Below, piece after piece: positions 8,067 to 15,789 of a DNA stretch of 64,000 nt. This DNA is from a virus (Duplodnaviria > Caudoviricetes), in the IMG/VR virus record IMGVR_UViG_3300033073_001153, positions 128,001 to 192,000 of that record. The stretch is one strand, 5' to 3'. The notes below the pieces were generated by a model. It had not been told where the DNA came from. It made no database searches and saw only the letters and a list, made by a program, of their open reading frames with translations. The translations under genes were made by a program, and so were the position numbers. Every line of letters starts with the position of its first letter. Positions within the stretch are counted from its first letter, which is position 1.

Positions 8067-9164
8067 TTAATTTAAATTACCTTCAAATAAATCTGGTCTG
8101 TTTTCTTCTAAAAATTTTCTATTATTTTCAGATAAATCAGATATTTTAAAATTATTTTGTGGTAAGTATCCACTTGATGTTAGTTTCTTAATAAAGAAAT
8201 CATTATCTTTTTTTAACATCAACAACTTTAATATAGCATCATGATATTTTTCAACTGGTTTTGTGTTTTGGGAACCTTTTCGTTCAGACAAAGATCTATC
8301 ATTGACATGATACATAAATGTTAAATGTGGGGCAGCTATAATTCTTCCTCCTTTATTTGTTATGGTACGATAACTAAGTAACTTTGTATTTTTGTCGTCA
8401 ACTCCGCCAGATACATTATTCCCACAATGTCCCATTGCTCTTCCTTCTTGTGTACAAAAAGAACTATCAATTATTTGCCATTCGTTATTTTCATCAATTT
8501 TTAATAAAGTTTTTGTTCTTTTTGTCTTTAAATCATTAGTAATGTCTACTATACCTTTAGAGGTTTTTTGCCATTCATGTTCAATATTTGCAAAATTTTC
8601 AAGCACATATTCGATAGATTGATTAACAAACCTAAAATCATCTATTTGTTGTATGTTTAGTGCTAAATAATGTTCTAGTTTTTCTAATAAAGTTTCCGTG
8701 CTAACTTCTATTGCACTGTAATATTCTATATCAAAGAAATCTGCTTTGAGATATTGTAATTTCATAAACTCTTCATAATATTCTGGATGTTTGGTTTTAA
8801 GAAAATATTCTATATTTGAACCACTTGCTTTTGTATCTACACGAATATGAAAAAGTTTTTTGTCAATTACTGCACAAATAGTTTCATTTATCGTTTTTCT
8901 AATATACCACTGAATAATATCATCTCTTCTAAGTTTATCTATTACATTTTTTAAACAAAACTTAAATTCTATTAAAAATTTAATTCTAGTATGATTGTAG
9001 TATACAACATCCATTTCACAATTAGCTGGATTATATATGCTATTTAATGGTTTTGCATCTGGAAATAATTTGAATAATTTATTGTACATATTCAAATACC
9101 TATTCACGCGAGATTCTTGTATAATCTCTAGATATCTTTCCCAGATAATATGCTTATCATTCAT
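8067..9164 (-). CDS. PcfJ-like domain late protein
   Basis: QEGRAMGHCG...LLSYR...PHLT; MNDKHIIWERY; TAAATA at 9170-9175. Confidence 0.6.
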   Translation of the reverse strand: MNDKHIIWERYLEIIQESRVNRYLNMYNKLFKLFPDAKPLNSIYNPANCEMDVVYYNHTRIKFLIEFKFCLKNVIDKLRRDDIIQWYIRKTINETICAVIDKKLFHIRVDTKASGSNIEYFLKTKHPEYYEEFMKLQYLKADFFDIEYYSAIEVSTETLLEKLEHYLALNIQQIDDFRFVNQSIEYVLENFANIEHEWQKTSKGIVDITNDLKTKRTKTLLKIDENNEWQIIDSSFCTQEGRAMGHCGNNVSGGVDDKNTKLLSYRTITNKGGRIIAAPHLTFMYHVNDRSLSERKGSQNTKPVEKYHDAILKLLMLKKDNDFFIKKLTSSGYLPQNNFKISDLSENNRKFLEENRPDLFEGNLN

Positions 9165-9168
9165 GAGA

Positions 9169-9948
9169 TTATTTAGTAGGAAGATCGGAGAAAAACTCGT
9201 CTAGTCTCTTAATAGTCTTTTGATCTATTATTAATAGTTTTTTAGGAAACTGTTTCCATTTTTCTAAATCTTTTGGCATAACTTGTCCTTTCACTTCTAT
9301 AAATAGATCATAATCTTTTAGATAGAAATCTGGGAAATATTCGTGATTTTGACCTTCGAATACATAAGTGAAATGTTCTTTGGACTTGCAGTAATGGATT
9401 TTATGTTCATCCATGTATTTTGCTACTTTAAGCTCCCATCCAGCATGTAGTACTTCTTCATTACCTAACCAAGATGTATGATGATAAATTTTAAAAAATC
9501 TATGCCCGTCGGAACGATATTTAATTCTGCCTTCTACAATAGCTTTCGATAATCCTTTGCTTATTTTTTCTTTTTGGGATTTTGGTAATTTTAAATTGTC
9601 AAATTTTCCCCGTAGTCTCGCAGTTTCAGATCCTTTTCTAGTTTTTAAATATCCTTCTTTAATATATCTGGCTAGTCTATGACTACTTATATTATACTTT
9701 TCTTGAACATCTCTATAAGTATGTTTGTCATCATAATAAGCTTGTATTTCTTCCCAATTCAAAGAAGCTAAATTTGCTCTATACACATCATTATTATAAT
9801 TCTTATTAATAGTAAGATTGTTAGATTTTCTTACAGCATGTGATGGTTTGCCATCGCAAATTTCTAAATGTTTTTTGATGTTATTGTTCGAAATTTGACA
9901 ATTACATTTATTACATAATTTAGTAGGTCTTACATGGTTTGTTTCCAT
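9169..9948 (-). CDS. Homing endonuclease-like protein (NUMOD3-like + PD-(D/E)XK)
   Basis: QKEKISKGLSK; WELKVAKYMD; YFPDFYL...FIEVKG; TAAATA at 9954-9959. Confidence 0.75.
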   Translation of the reverse strand: METNHVRPTKLCNKCNCQISNNNIKKHLEICDGKPSHAVRKSNNLTINKNYNNDVYRANLASLNWEEIQAYYDDKHTYRDVQEKYNISSHRLARYIKEGYLKTRKGSETARLRGKFDNLKLPKSQKEKISKGLSKAIVEGRIKYRSDGHRFFKIYHHTSWLGNEEVLHAGWELKVAKYMDEHKIHYCKSKEHFTYVFEGQNHEYFPDFYLKDYDLFIEVKGQVMPKDLEKWKQFPKKLLIIDQKTIKRLDEFFSDLPTK

Positions 9949-10022
9949 GTAATTATTTATTCATTTAGCTCCACAATGTAAGAGCAAATTGAAATAAAAA
10001 AAAATTATGTATAAATAATAAA

Positions 10023-10060
10023 AACCTCCATGCGTGTAAGGTACACACCGCATGGAGGTT
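10023..10060 (-). terminator. Hairpin/terminator after tRNA-Met
   Basis: AACCTCCATGCG/CGCATGGAGGTT inverted repeat followed by T-rich tract on minus strand. Confidence 0.7.
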
Positions 10061-10066
10061 ATAAAA

Positions 10067-10144
10067 TGGTGGGAGTGGCGGGTGACGATCCCGCGAATTC
10101 ACTTTTTTATGAGAAAAGAGCTGTTCCAACCTAGCTTCACTCCC
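10067..10144 (-). tRNA. tRNA-Met/Ile2 (CAU), elongator type
   Basis: GGGAGTG/CACTCCC acceptor + ACCA; CTTTT-CTCATAA-AAAAG anticodon arm; GCGGG-ATCGTCA-CCCGC T arm. Confidence 0.85.
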
Positions 10145-10226
10145 ATCTTAGCTAGCTACTTAGCTAGAAGAAATTTTAAAATTTTAAAGAACTTTTAAGG
10201 TCAATCTCAACCAACCTTACTCACCT

Positions 10227-10255
10227 ACTATACCACACTTTCCACTAATTGTCAA
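10227..10255 (-). promoter_or_regulatory. sigma70 promoter for tRNA-Met
   Basis: TTGACA-17nt-TATAGT with TG extension. Confidence 0.8.
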
Positions 10256-10261
10256 CTACTT

Positions 10262-10428
10262 TAGTGTGTTTTGATCCGTATTTTTTGTCACACTATTCAA
10301 CGAAATATTTACGGAGTTCCGTCTGAGCAATAGAGTTTACCCTCGACTCTATCGGAAAAGAATACCTACACAAGTTGTCTGAGTCACAACTCATATATCA
10401 GCTAGGCTTGCTCCAGCTCTCTCCCGTC
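10262..10428 (-). ncRNA. Putative structured ncRNA, copy 1 (paralog of 13514-13650)
   Basis: Shared 3' module CGxUGAAU-stem-ACAA..CGGAxCAAAA-stem with covarying UAGUGUG/CACACUA; 5' GAGAGAG stem. Confidence 0.6.
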
Positions 10429-10471
10429 ATATTTGCGCTTATGAAAGTTATAAAGATCTAATTAATTTTAC

Positions 10472-10520
10472 CTAGATACTTTTTATATTGCAAATATATT
10501 TTGATTGCTGTTCGTATCTA
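10472..10520 (-). ncRNA. AGAU-stem/RCWGCAA repeat RNA, copy D
   Basis: UAGAUAC GAACAGCAA ... GUAUCUAG. Confidence 0.65.
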
Positions 10521-10526
10521 ATCTTA

Positions 10527-10582
10527 CTAGATGCCTTTTTTTATTTCCATTTAATAATATAGAAATTTGCTGCAAGCATCTA
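10527..10582 (-). ncRNA. AGAU-stem/RCWGCAA repeat RNA, copy C
   Basis: UAGAUGC UUGCAGCAA ... GCAUCUAG. Confidence 0.65.
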
Positions 10583-10596
10583 AAATTTAACTTACC

Positions 10597-11385
10597 TTAG
10601 AATTTTACCACAATTCCCGCAGAAGTCAACCAGAAATCATTCTTTTCACCACGATTAGAATTATTTGTGTTAAAATAAGTTACACCAGTGGTAAGTGCTA
10701 CATTTTTGGTGATAGGTGTAGTAGTGTTTACACCTGCTGAAGTGTAGCCATAGCGTTCACCAGAAGTATAAAAATTCTTATTTCCGAATCCTACTGCTAC
10801 TGGAAAACCAATCTTTGTGGAACAGAGCGACACAGATGGAGATACGCCGACTTCGTAATAATTACCGATTGGTTGTCCTACACGCTTTGTACCGAAGTAA
10901 CCTTTGGCATAAGGATTCAAAGCGAGTGGAGTTAGACCAGTGTCATCGAAATGTAGACCTAGATTAACTCCTTGTGCATCTGGAAACCAGTTCTTATCAC
11001 TATTAACCCATTCATAGGTAGAAGTGAGTGTGACACGATCCTTATTAAAAAGGAGTCCTGCATTATATTCAGAACGAGACAGTCCATTTAGAGGAGATGC
11101 TGTATGAATATTTTGTTTAGTAGAACCAATTACAGAAACGTTCACTCCACCAAGTTCTAGCTTAGTTGGAAAGATTACACCAGCAAATGGTTGGAATACC
11201 GCACTAGAATCGAATACACGACCCTTGTTGATGTAACCAGATGATACTTCTACTCCGATAACACCAGTCACGAATGGATCTGACTTGGTTTCGAGAGGCT
11301 TAGTGTTCTTTGTTGAAGTTCCTGCGAATGACGCAACTGAAGTAGCGAGCAATGCAGCCAATGTTGTTGTTTTTGTTTTATTCAT
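10597..11385 (-). CDS. Outer-membrane beta-barrel protein with signal peptide
   Basis: Sec signal (LAALLATSVASFA), alternating amphipathic strands, C-terminal Phe (AGIVVKF). Confidence 0.75.
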   Translation of the reverse strand: MNKTKTTTLAALLATSVASFAGTSTKNTKPLETKSDPFVTGVIGVEVSSGYINKGRVFDSSAVFQPFAGVIFPTKLELGGVNVSVIGSTKQNIHTASPLNGLSRSEYNAGLLFNKDRVTLTSTYEWVNSDKNWFPDAQGVNLGLHFDDTGLTPLALNPYAKGYFGTKRVGQPIGNYYEVGVSPSVSLCSTKIGFPVAVGFGNKNFYTSGERYGYTSAGVNTTTPITKNVALTTGVTYFNTNNSNRGEKNDFWLTSAGIVVKF

Positions 11386-11430
11386 ATGTTTTATATGTTA
11401 CTTTGGTTTCCTTGATATCTCAAGAAATTT

Positions 11431-11889
11431 TTAGTTATTTTCCTCCATGTATTTTGAAATTTCTTCGGAATTCATGGCTGAATGTAATCTTACTGATTTG
11501 ATGATATTATGATCTAGAATAATGACAGACAGATTAGGTTCATGATTATGTCCTTCGCCAGTGTTGTGATATACTAGTAGGTCGTAATCTTTTTTATATT
11601 TGTCTTCTTCTTGTTGATCGACATTTTCTCCGGAATCGTGAATTAGTTGTTTATGAATCTTTTTTGGATTTAGAACTAATTCATAGATATAAGAGATTGG
11701 ATAAACTTCTTCGTCATTTACTTTAAAATCTGCTCTCCAGACGGCTTGGAAGAGTGAACCAGCATGAATGTTTTTATCTGGTCTGGATTTTACTCGTGAC
11801 AGAAAATCACCATTAAAAGAACAAGCATGATATACTGTGATATAGTCAGACTTTAAAATTTCGTCGAATGAAGTTTGTCTATCTATCAT
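11431..11889 (-). CDS. Possible ADP-ribosyltransferase-fold protein, coupled to DUF2828 gene
   Basis: TVYHAC...IHAGS..QA...IYELVL...YHNTGE; ATGA overlap with upstream gene. Confidence 0.4.
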   Translation of the reverse strand: MIDRQTSFDEILKSDYITVYHACSFNGDFLSRVKSRPDKNIHAGSLFQAVWRADFKVNDEEVYPISYIYELVLNPKKIHKQLIHDSGENVDQQEEDKYKKDYDLLVYHNTGEGHNHEPNLSVIILDHNIIKSVRLHSAMNSEEISKYMEENN

Positions 11890-13322
11890 ACTGTGACGCT
11901 ATCGTAACGTTTTACGTTAATCGTGTCAAGCATGACTTGTTCAGGGCTGATAATTTTACCAGATAGAAGAGAAGTAAGGATAGATGGAGAGCAACCAGAA
12001 ACTAAACAAGTACCCGCTTCATCAAAGCGTACTGGAACATGAGTATTTCGTGCGTTCACATTCCAAAAAATTAATTCTGGACGTTCATAACCAGCAGATT
12101 TGTATGCTGCGTCGATATTCTGAAAAATTGTTTTATCTGGATGTTGGCAAGCTTGGTTTATTTCCATGTCGCTAATAATGTAAACCTTACTAGGCATTTC
12201 GGACTGTGGGACATTATTTTCCACGGCAGAATCCAGAACCAAATTAAATACAGATTCTAGATTAGTAGACATTCCCCAATCAGCACTTTGGAGATTACGT
12301 ACTTTTTCTCTGATATTATTTCCAATAACTTTTTGTAGTGTGGGAGTTTCTGAGAAAGTAATAAAGTGATCTTTGAATTGTCCTTTATTACGTTCAGAAA
12401 TGTACATGGCGAGTGAAATCGCCACTGCCATTGGGCGACCACTCATCGATCCACTCACGTCGCAAACTACGATGCCATTAGAATTGTCATTATTCGTGTA
12501 GTCAGGAAGGCTATTCCATAGTACATCGAGAGTAGTAGACTCATCACCGGCAAAACATTTTTCAACAATATCATAGGGGTATAGGGTTCCTGAATTAATA
12601 GTAGTTTTTCCTGATTTTACATCTTGAATGAATTGTTGATAACGAACATGATCATGTTTTTCGAAAGCATCTTTATAATTCAAGGCAGCTTTAGAAGGAA
12701 CTCCCTTGTAATTAATTTCAGACCAGTTATTCGAACACATCTTGCGTTCTACGATATCTAGTTCAGAACGCTTTTGCGAAAGTGTCTTACGATAAGTACG
12801 TGGAGAAATTCCTAGAAAACTACGAATCTCTTCAGCGATTGTACGAGTTTCTTTACTAGAAGTATTGTTTGATGGCATCCATTTTGCGAAAAGTGATGGA
12901 GTTCCTTCACGAAACCATTCACTCTTAATCATTGGAAGAACATTATTCTGCCATACCTTTGTACCCCGTGTGGAATAGAGGTCATCCCAACGTCCAAATT
13001 CAACAACATTCTCTAGATTCTTAATTGCTACTTCGGGATATTCTTTAGATAGCCAATTAAAGATTGTACGAAAAGTTTTACGCTCGCCTTGTCCACCTCT
13101 TACGTCCCTGATGTAGAAGAGTGTCTTAACTGCAAGAAGTGGATCTTCCGCAAATGCTTTAGAGAATAGACCGATTACATCAGCTTCTTCACGAGTACGT
13201 AGAGCAGCACCTAGACCAAAAAAGTCCACAGTATGCTTTAGTGTGGATTTAAGTGCTGCTGCACCGTTTTCAGTGGTGGTGATGTTCTGTTTGTTTTCGA
13301 TGGCGTTTAGTAGTGCGTTCAT
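11886..13322 (-). CDS. DUF2828 family TROVE/Ro60-like protein with C-terminal vWA domain
   Basis: TTTENGA, FYIRDVRGGQGER, FGRWDDL, AKWMPS, TLYPYDIV, MIDAS DVSGSM, WGMSTNL, ISDM, IFWNV. Confidence 0.88.
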   Translation of the reverse strand: MNALLNAIENKQNITTTENGAAALKSTLKHTVDFFGLGAALRTREEADVIGLFSKAFAEDPLLAVKTLFYIRDVRGGQGERKTFRTIFNWLSKEYPEVAIKNLENVVEFGRWDDLYSTRGTKVWQNNVLPMIKSEWFREGTPSLFAKWMPSNNTSSKETRTIAEEIRSFLGISPRTYRKTLSQKRSELDIVERKMCSNNWSEINYKGVPSKAALNYKDAFEKHDHVRYQQFIQDVKSGKTTINSGTLYPYDIVEKCFAGDESTTLDVLWNSLPDYTNNDNSNGIVVCDVSGSMSGRPMAVAISLAMYISERNKGQFKDHFITFSETPTLQKVIGNNIREKVRNLQSADWGMSTNLESVFNLVLDSAVENNVPQSEMPSKVYIISDMEINQACQHPDKTIFQNIDAAYKSAGYERPELIFWNVNARNTHVPVRFDEAGTCLVSGCSPSILTSLLSGKIISPEQVMLDTINVKRYDSVTV

Positions 13323-13324
13323 AA

Positions 13325-13388
13325 CTAGATAGGTTTTTTATCGGCATGGAGCCGTTCGGTATATTTTTTTGGTTTGCTGTTACTATCT
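13325..13388 (-). ncRNA. AGAU-stem/RCWGCAA repeat RNA, copy B (ends 2 nt before DUF2828 ATG)
   Basis: AGAUAG UAACAGCAAACC ... CUAUCUAG. Confidence 0.65.
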
Positions 13389-13397
13389 TAAAGAGAA

Positions 13398-13465
13398 CTA
13401 GATGCGGTTTGTTCTGGGGAGAACTTTTGGTTTCATGTAATATGAGGTTTGCAGTTACGCATCTA
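13398..13465 (-). ncRNA. AGAU-stem/RCWGCAA repeat RNA, copy A
   Basis: UAGAUGCG UAACUGCAAACC ... CGCAUCUAG. Confidence 0.65.
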
Positions 13466-13479
13466 AAATTGATGGTGCT

Positions 13480-13507
13480 ATACTAGCAGAAATTTTAAGG
13501 TTGTCAA
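13480..13507 (-). promoter_or_regulatory. sigma70 promoter for repeat RNAs A/B + DUF2828
   Basis: TTGACA-16nt-TAGTAT with TGn extension. Confidence 0.7.
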
Positions 13508-13513
13508 CGGTTT

Positions 13514-13650
13514 TGATGTGTTTTGTTCCGGAATATTGTCACATCATTCATCGCTCGAACGTGATAGCCACATTCCTATAGCGACTAAGGCTAGTGTTTT
13601 CCATGCAATATCAGAGATACAACTCTAAACTAGCCTAACTCTCTCTGATG
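13514..13650 (-). ncRNA. Putative structured ncRNA, copy 2
   Basis: AUCAGAGA/UCUCUGAU stem, GGCUAGU/ACUAGCC pseudoknot, UAGUCGC/GUGGCUA hairpin, UGAUGUG/CACAUCA 3' stem; own promoter. Confidence 0.65.
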
Positions 13651-13656
13651 CTGACT

Positions 13657-13684
13657 ACTATAGCATAATAAAATAGGAAGTAAA
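13657..13684 (-). promoter_or_regulatory. sigma70 promoter directly upstream of ncRNA copy 2
   Basis: TTTACT-16nt-TATAGT with TGn extension. Confidence 0.65.
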
Positions 13685-13716
13685 GATTTTTTTGATCAAA
13701 AAAGATAAATAATAAT

Positions 13717-13791
13717 ATGGGCAAAGGTAATCACGCGCACAGAAAAGAAAAGAAGAAGCCAAAGAAAGATAAGCCTAATCCTAAAAAGTAA
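13717..13791 (+). CDS. 24-aa Lys-rich peptide
   Basis: MGKGNHAHRKEKKKPKKDKPNPKK*, TAAATA at 13706-13711. Confidence 0.5.
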   Translation: MGKGNHAHRKEKKKPKKDKPNPKK

Positions 13792-13802
13792 AGGTTTATT
13801 AA

Positions 13803-14453
13803 TTACTTTGTGAAATAAATCACACTGTATTTGTCATTCGTTATATTATCTTCGAATGATTTAGGAAAATGTTTTCCTAGATATCTAGTAAACATTTTAA
13901 TATACAATTCTCTTCTTTTGTTCTCTGATTTATCTATTCGGAATGAAATTGCTGATAGATTTTCTATCATTTTTCTATTCATCAAACTATCCATTAGTGA
14001 ATCTTTCAAAGAAGAGAATACTTCAAATGATTCATATTTAACTTCATTTGTTAAATGATTTCTAGCTTCTGAATCGATAAAACTAATTATACAAATTTTA
14101 GAATTTGTGTTTCTTAATTTATTTTTAAGAACTTCAAATTCATTAGCTAGTGTATTATTTCTTTTTTGTTTAGCTAATGTTTCGTTTGAGTTAGCTATTT
14201 CGTAGCTATTATCTGGGTTATAATAAGATATCAAAACACTGAATATTTTTCCAGATTTTGTTTCAATATTGTAATTATGCTCAGTAACTCTACTGTTTTT
14301 AGTTTCTGAGAAAAACTCAAACTTCTCTAGAATAAATAACTGAGAGGACTTTTCATATACAGAGAAAATATATTCCCAATCATTATTAGAACTTTTAGAA
14401 GGTTCGACTAATCCACATTCATTTAATAATGATTGGTAATATAAAGATTCCAT
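13803..14453 (-). CDS. Hypothetical protein
   Basis: 216-aa ORF coupled to upstream gene. Confidence 0.7.
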   Translation of the reverse strand: MESLYYQSLLNECGLVEPSKSSNNDWEYIFSVYEKSSQLFILEKFEFFSETKNSRVTEHNYNIETKSGKIFSVLISYYNPDNSYEIANSNETLAKQKRNNTLANEFEVLKNKLRNTNSKICIISFIDSEARNHLTNEVKYESFEVFSSLKDSLMDSLMNRKMIENLSAISFRIDKSENKRRELYIKMFTRYLGKHFPKSFEDNITNDKYSVIYFTK

Positions 14454-15526
14454 TATTCAATATCTTTCATATATTCAGAAGTAGAAGTAGGTTTTATTTG
14501 TTGCTTTTGAGTTTTCTTAGCTTGAAGAAGTTTTTCTAAAGTAGATAATTGTTTATCTTCTTTTTTAGGTTTCTTTTCTTTTTCTTCTAATTCTTTAGCA
14601 ATTTTCTTTTCTTCATCTGTCATTGGAGGAAATTGAAAATCGCTTTCTGCCATATTTTCGACGAAAGAATTTGTTTTGTATTTCATACCATGAACTTTTA
14701 CAAAAATGCTTTTATCATTTTCGATTGTTCCACGGCATTTTAAACAATCAATACATTGTGTTCCGTCGAGATTATATTTACAGAATGTTTCGTCGGTATC
14801 TTTTTCTTCCCAAGTTGGACTGACTCTGAATGTTCTCCAACCTAAACTTTTTGCTTTTACATATTCATCTGGCGTATCTACTGATGCCATGAAGAATTTT
14901 TTATATTCTGGAAATCTTTCCCATTGATGAGTGTAACCAGTAATACGTCCGCCACAAATTTCAGTTAAAAATCTAACCATTTCTAAAGGAATACGTACTG
15001 GTTCACCGTAAGCACCAAAACGGATAGAACTTCCTTCGAATAATCCTTTCCATAATTCTGTGTTTGTTGGTACTCCATTTTCAGAAGGAAGATCTGGATA
15101 CTTTCCTTTTTCAAAAGATTCCCAAACTCTATCTACACCTTGTCCCACATTTACATAACAACTGGTTCCTCTGTGTTTACAGTTAAAACAAACAATAGCA
15201 TCTTGTCCAGTTTTAATTGCAGTACTTGGTTTGACTTCAGAAGGAATAATATAAACCTGAACCATTGGTCCGGTTTTTTCATTTGTACTCGGACTCATTA
15301 ATCCAACTGCTACGCAAACATATTTGCTTCCTCTGTAAATAACAACACCGTTACAATCGGTTTGAGAAGCTTCAGTTAAAAGAGAATTGTATTCTTCTAC
15401 ATAGGATTCTTCTAAATGACATCCACACTGAACACATAATTTATTTTTACTGTGTTTATTATGTGTTTGTCTTTTATTTTGTAAATAAATTTCTGATATG
15501 AGTTCAATATCTTCTTTCTTGTACAT
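14453..15526 (-). CDS. Cys-rich phage gp88-like (radical-SAM-related) protein with capsid-targeting-like N-terminus
   Basis: NEKTGPMVQVYI, CFNCKHRGTSCYV, IRFGAYGEP, TGYTHQW, MASVD, GWRTFRV, CIDCLKC; TAAATA at 15532-15537. Confidence 0.55.
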   Translation of the reverse strand: MYKKEDIELISEIYLQNKRQTHNKHSKNKLCVQCGCHLEESYVEEYNSLLTEASQTDCNGVVIYRGSKYVCVAVGLMSPSTNEKTGPMVQVYIIPSEVKPSTAIKTGQDAIVCFNCKHRGTSCYVNVGQGVDRVWESFEKGKYPDLPSENGVPTNTELWKGLFEGSSIRFGAYGEPVRIPLEMVRFLTEICGGRITGYTHQWERFPEYKKFFMASVDTPDEYVKAKSLGWRTFRVSPTWEEKDTDETFCKYNLDGTQCIDCLKCRGTIENDKSIFVKVHGMKYKTNSFVENMAESDFQFPPMTDEEKKIAKELEEKEKKPKKEDKQLSTLEKLLQAKKTQKQQIKPTSTSEYMKDIE

Positions 15527-15534
15527 GAAGATAT

Positions 15535-15762
15535 TTACTTCTTTTTCTTAATTCTAGAGAAGAAACCTACACCTTTTGGAAAATTACTAGAATCAAACCA
15601 CGGTCCTTCTTCTCCATCGAGTTGAAAACGAAGATTTTCGTAATCGATCTTGTGTAGATAACGAAGAACGGTTTCGCCTGAATTTGGATAATTCAGATCT
15701 GGAAAATTAACTTTTCCGTTATCACGTGCCACTACATTGCTGATAATAAGTACAGTATCCAT
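15535..15762 (-). CDS. Hypothetical protein
   Basis: ORF in gene-dense operon. Confidence 0.6.
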   Translation of the reverse strand: MDTVLIISNVVARDNGKVNFPDLNYPNSGETVLRYLHKIDYENLRFQLDGEEGPWFDSSNFPKGVGFFSRIKKKK

Positions 15763-15789
15763 TGTTATTTTATAAATTAAATTTTTAAA

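Noticed and set aside
10262-10428. RNase P RNA or tmRNA (contains GGUAAACUC; copy 2 has GAUGAAUGA)
   Set aside because: No GAGGAAAGUCC/CGGCUUA P4 signature and no tRNA-like CCA end
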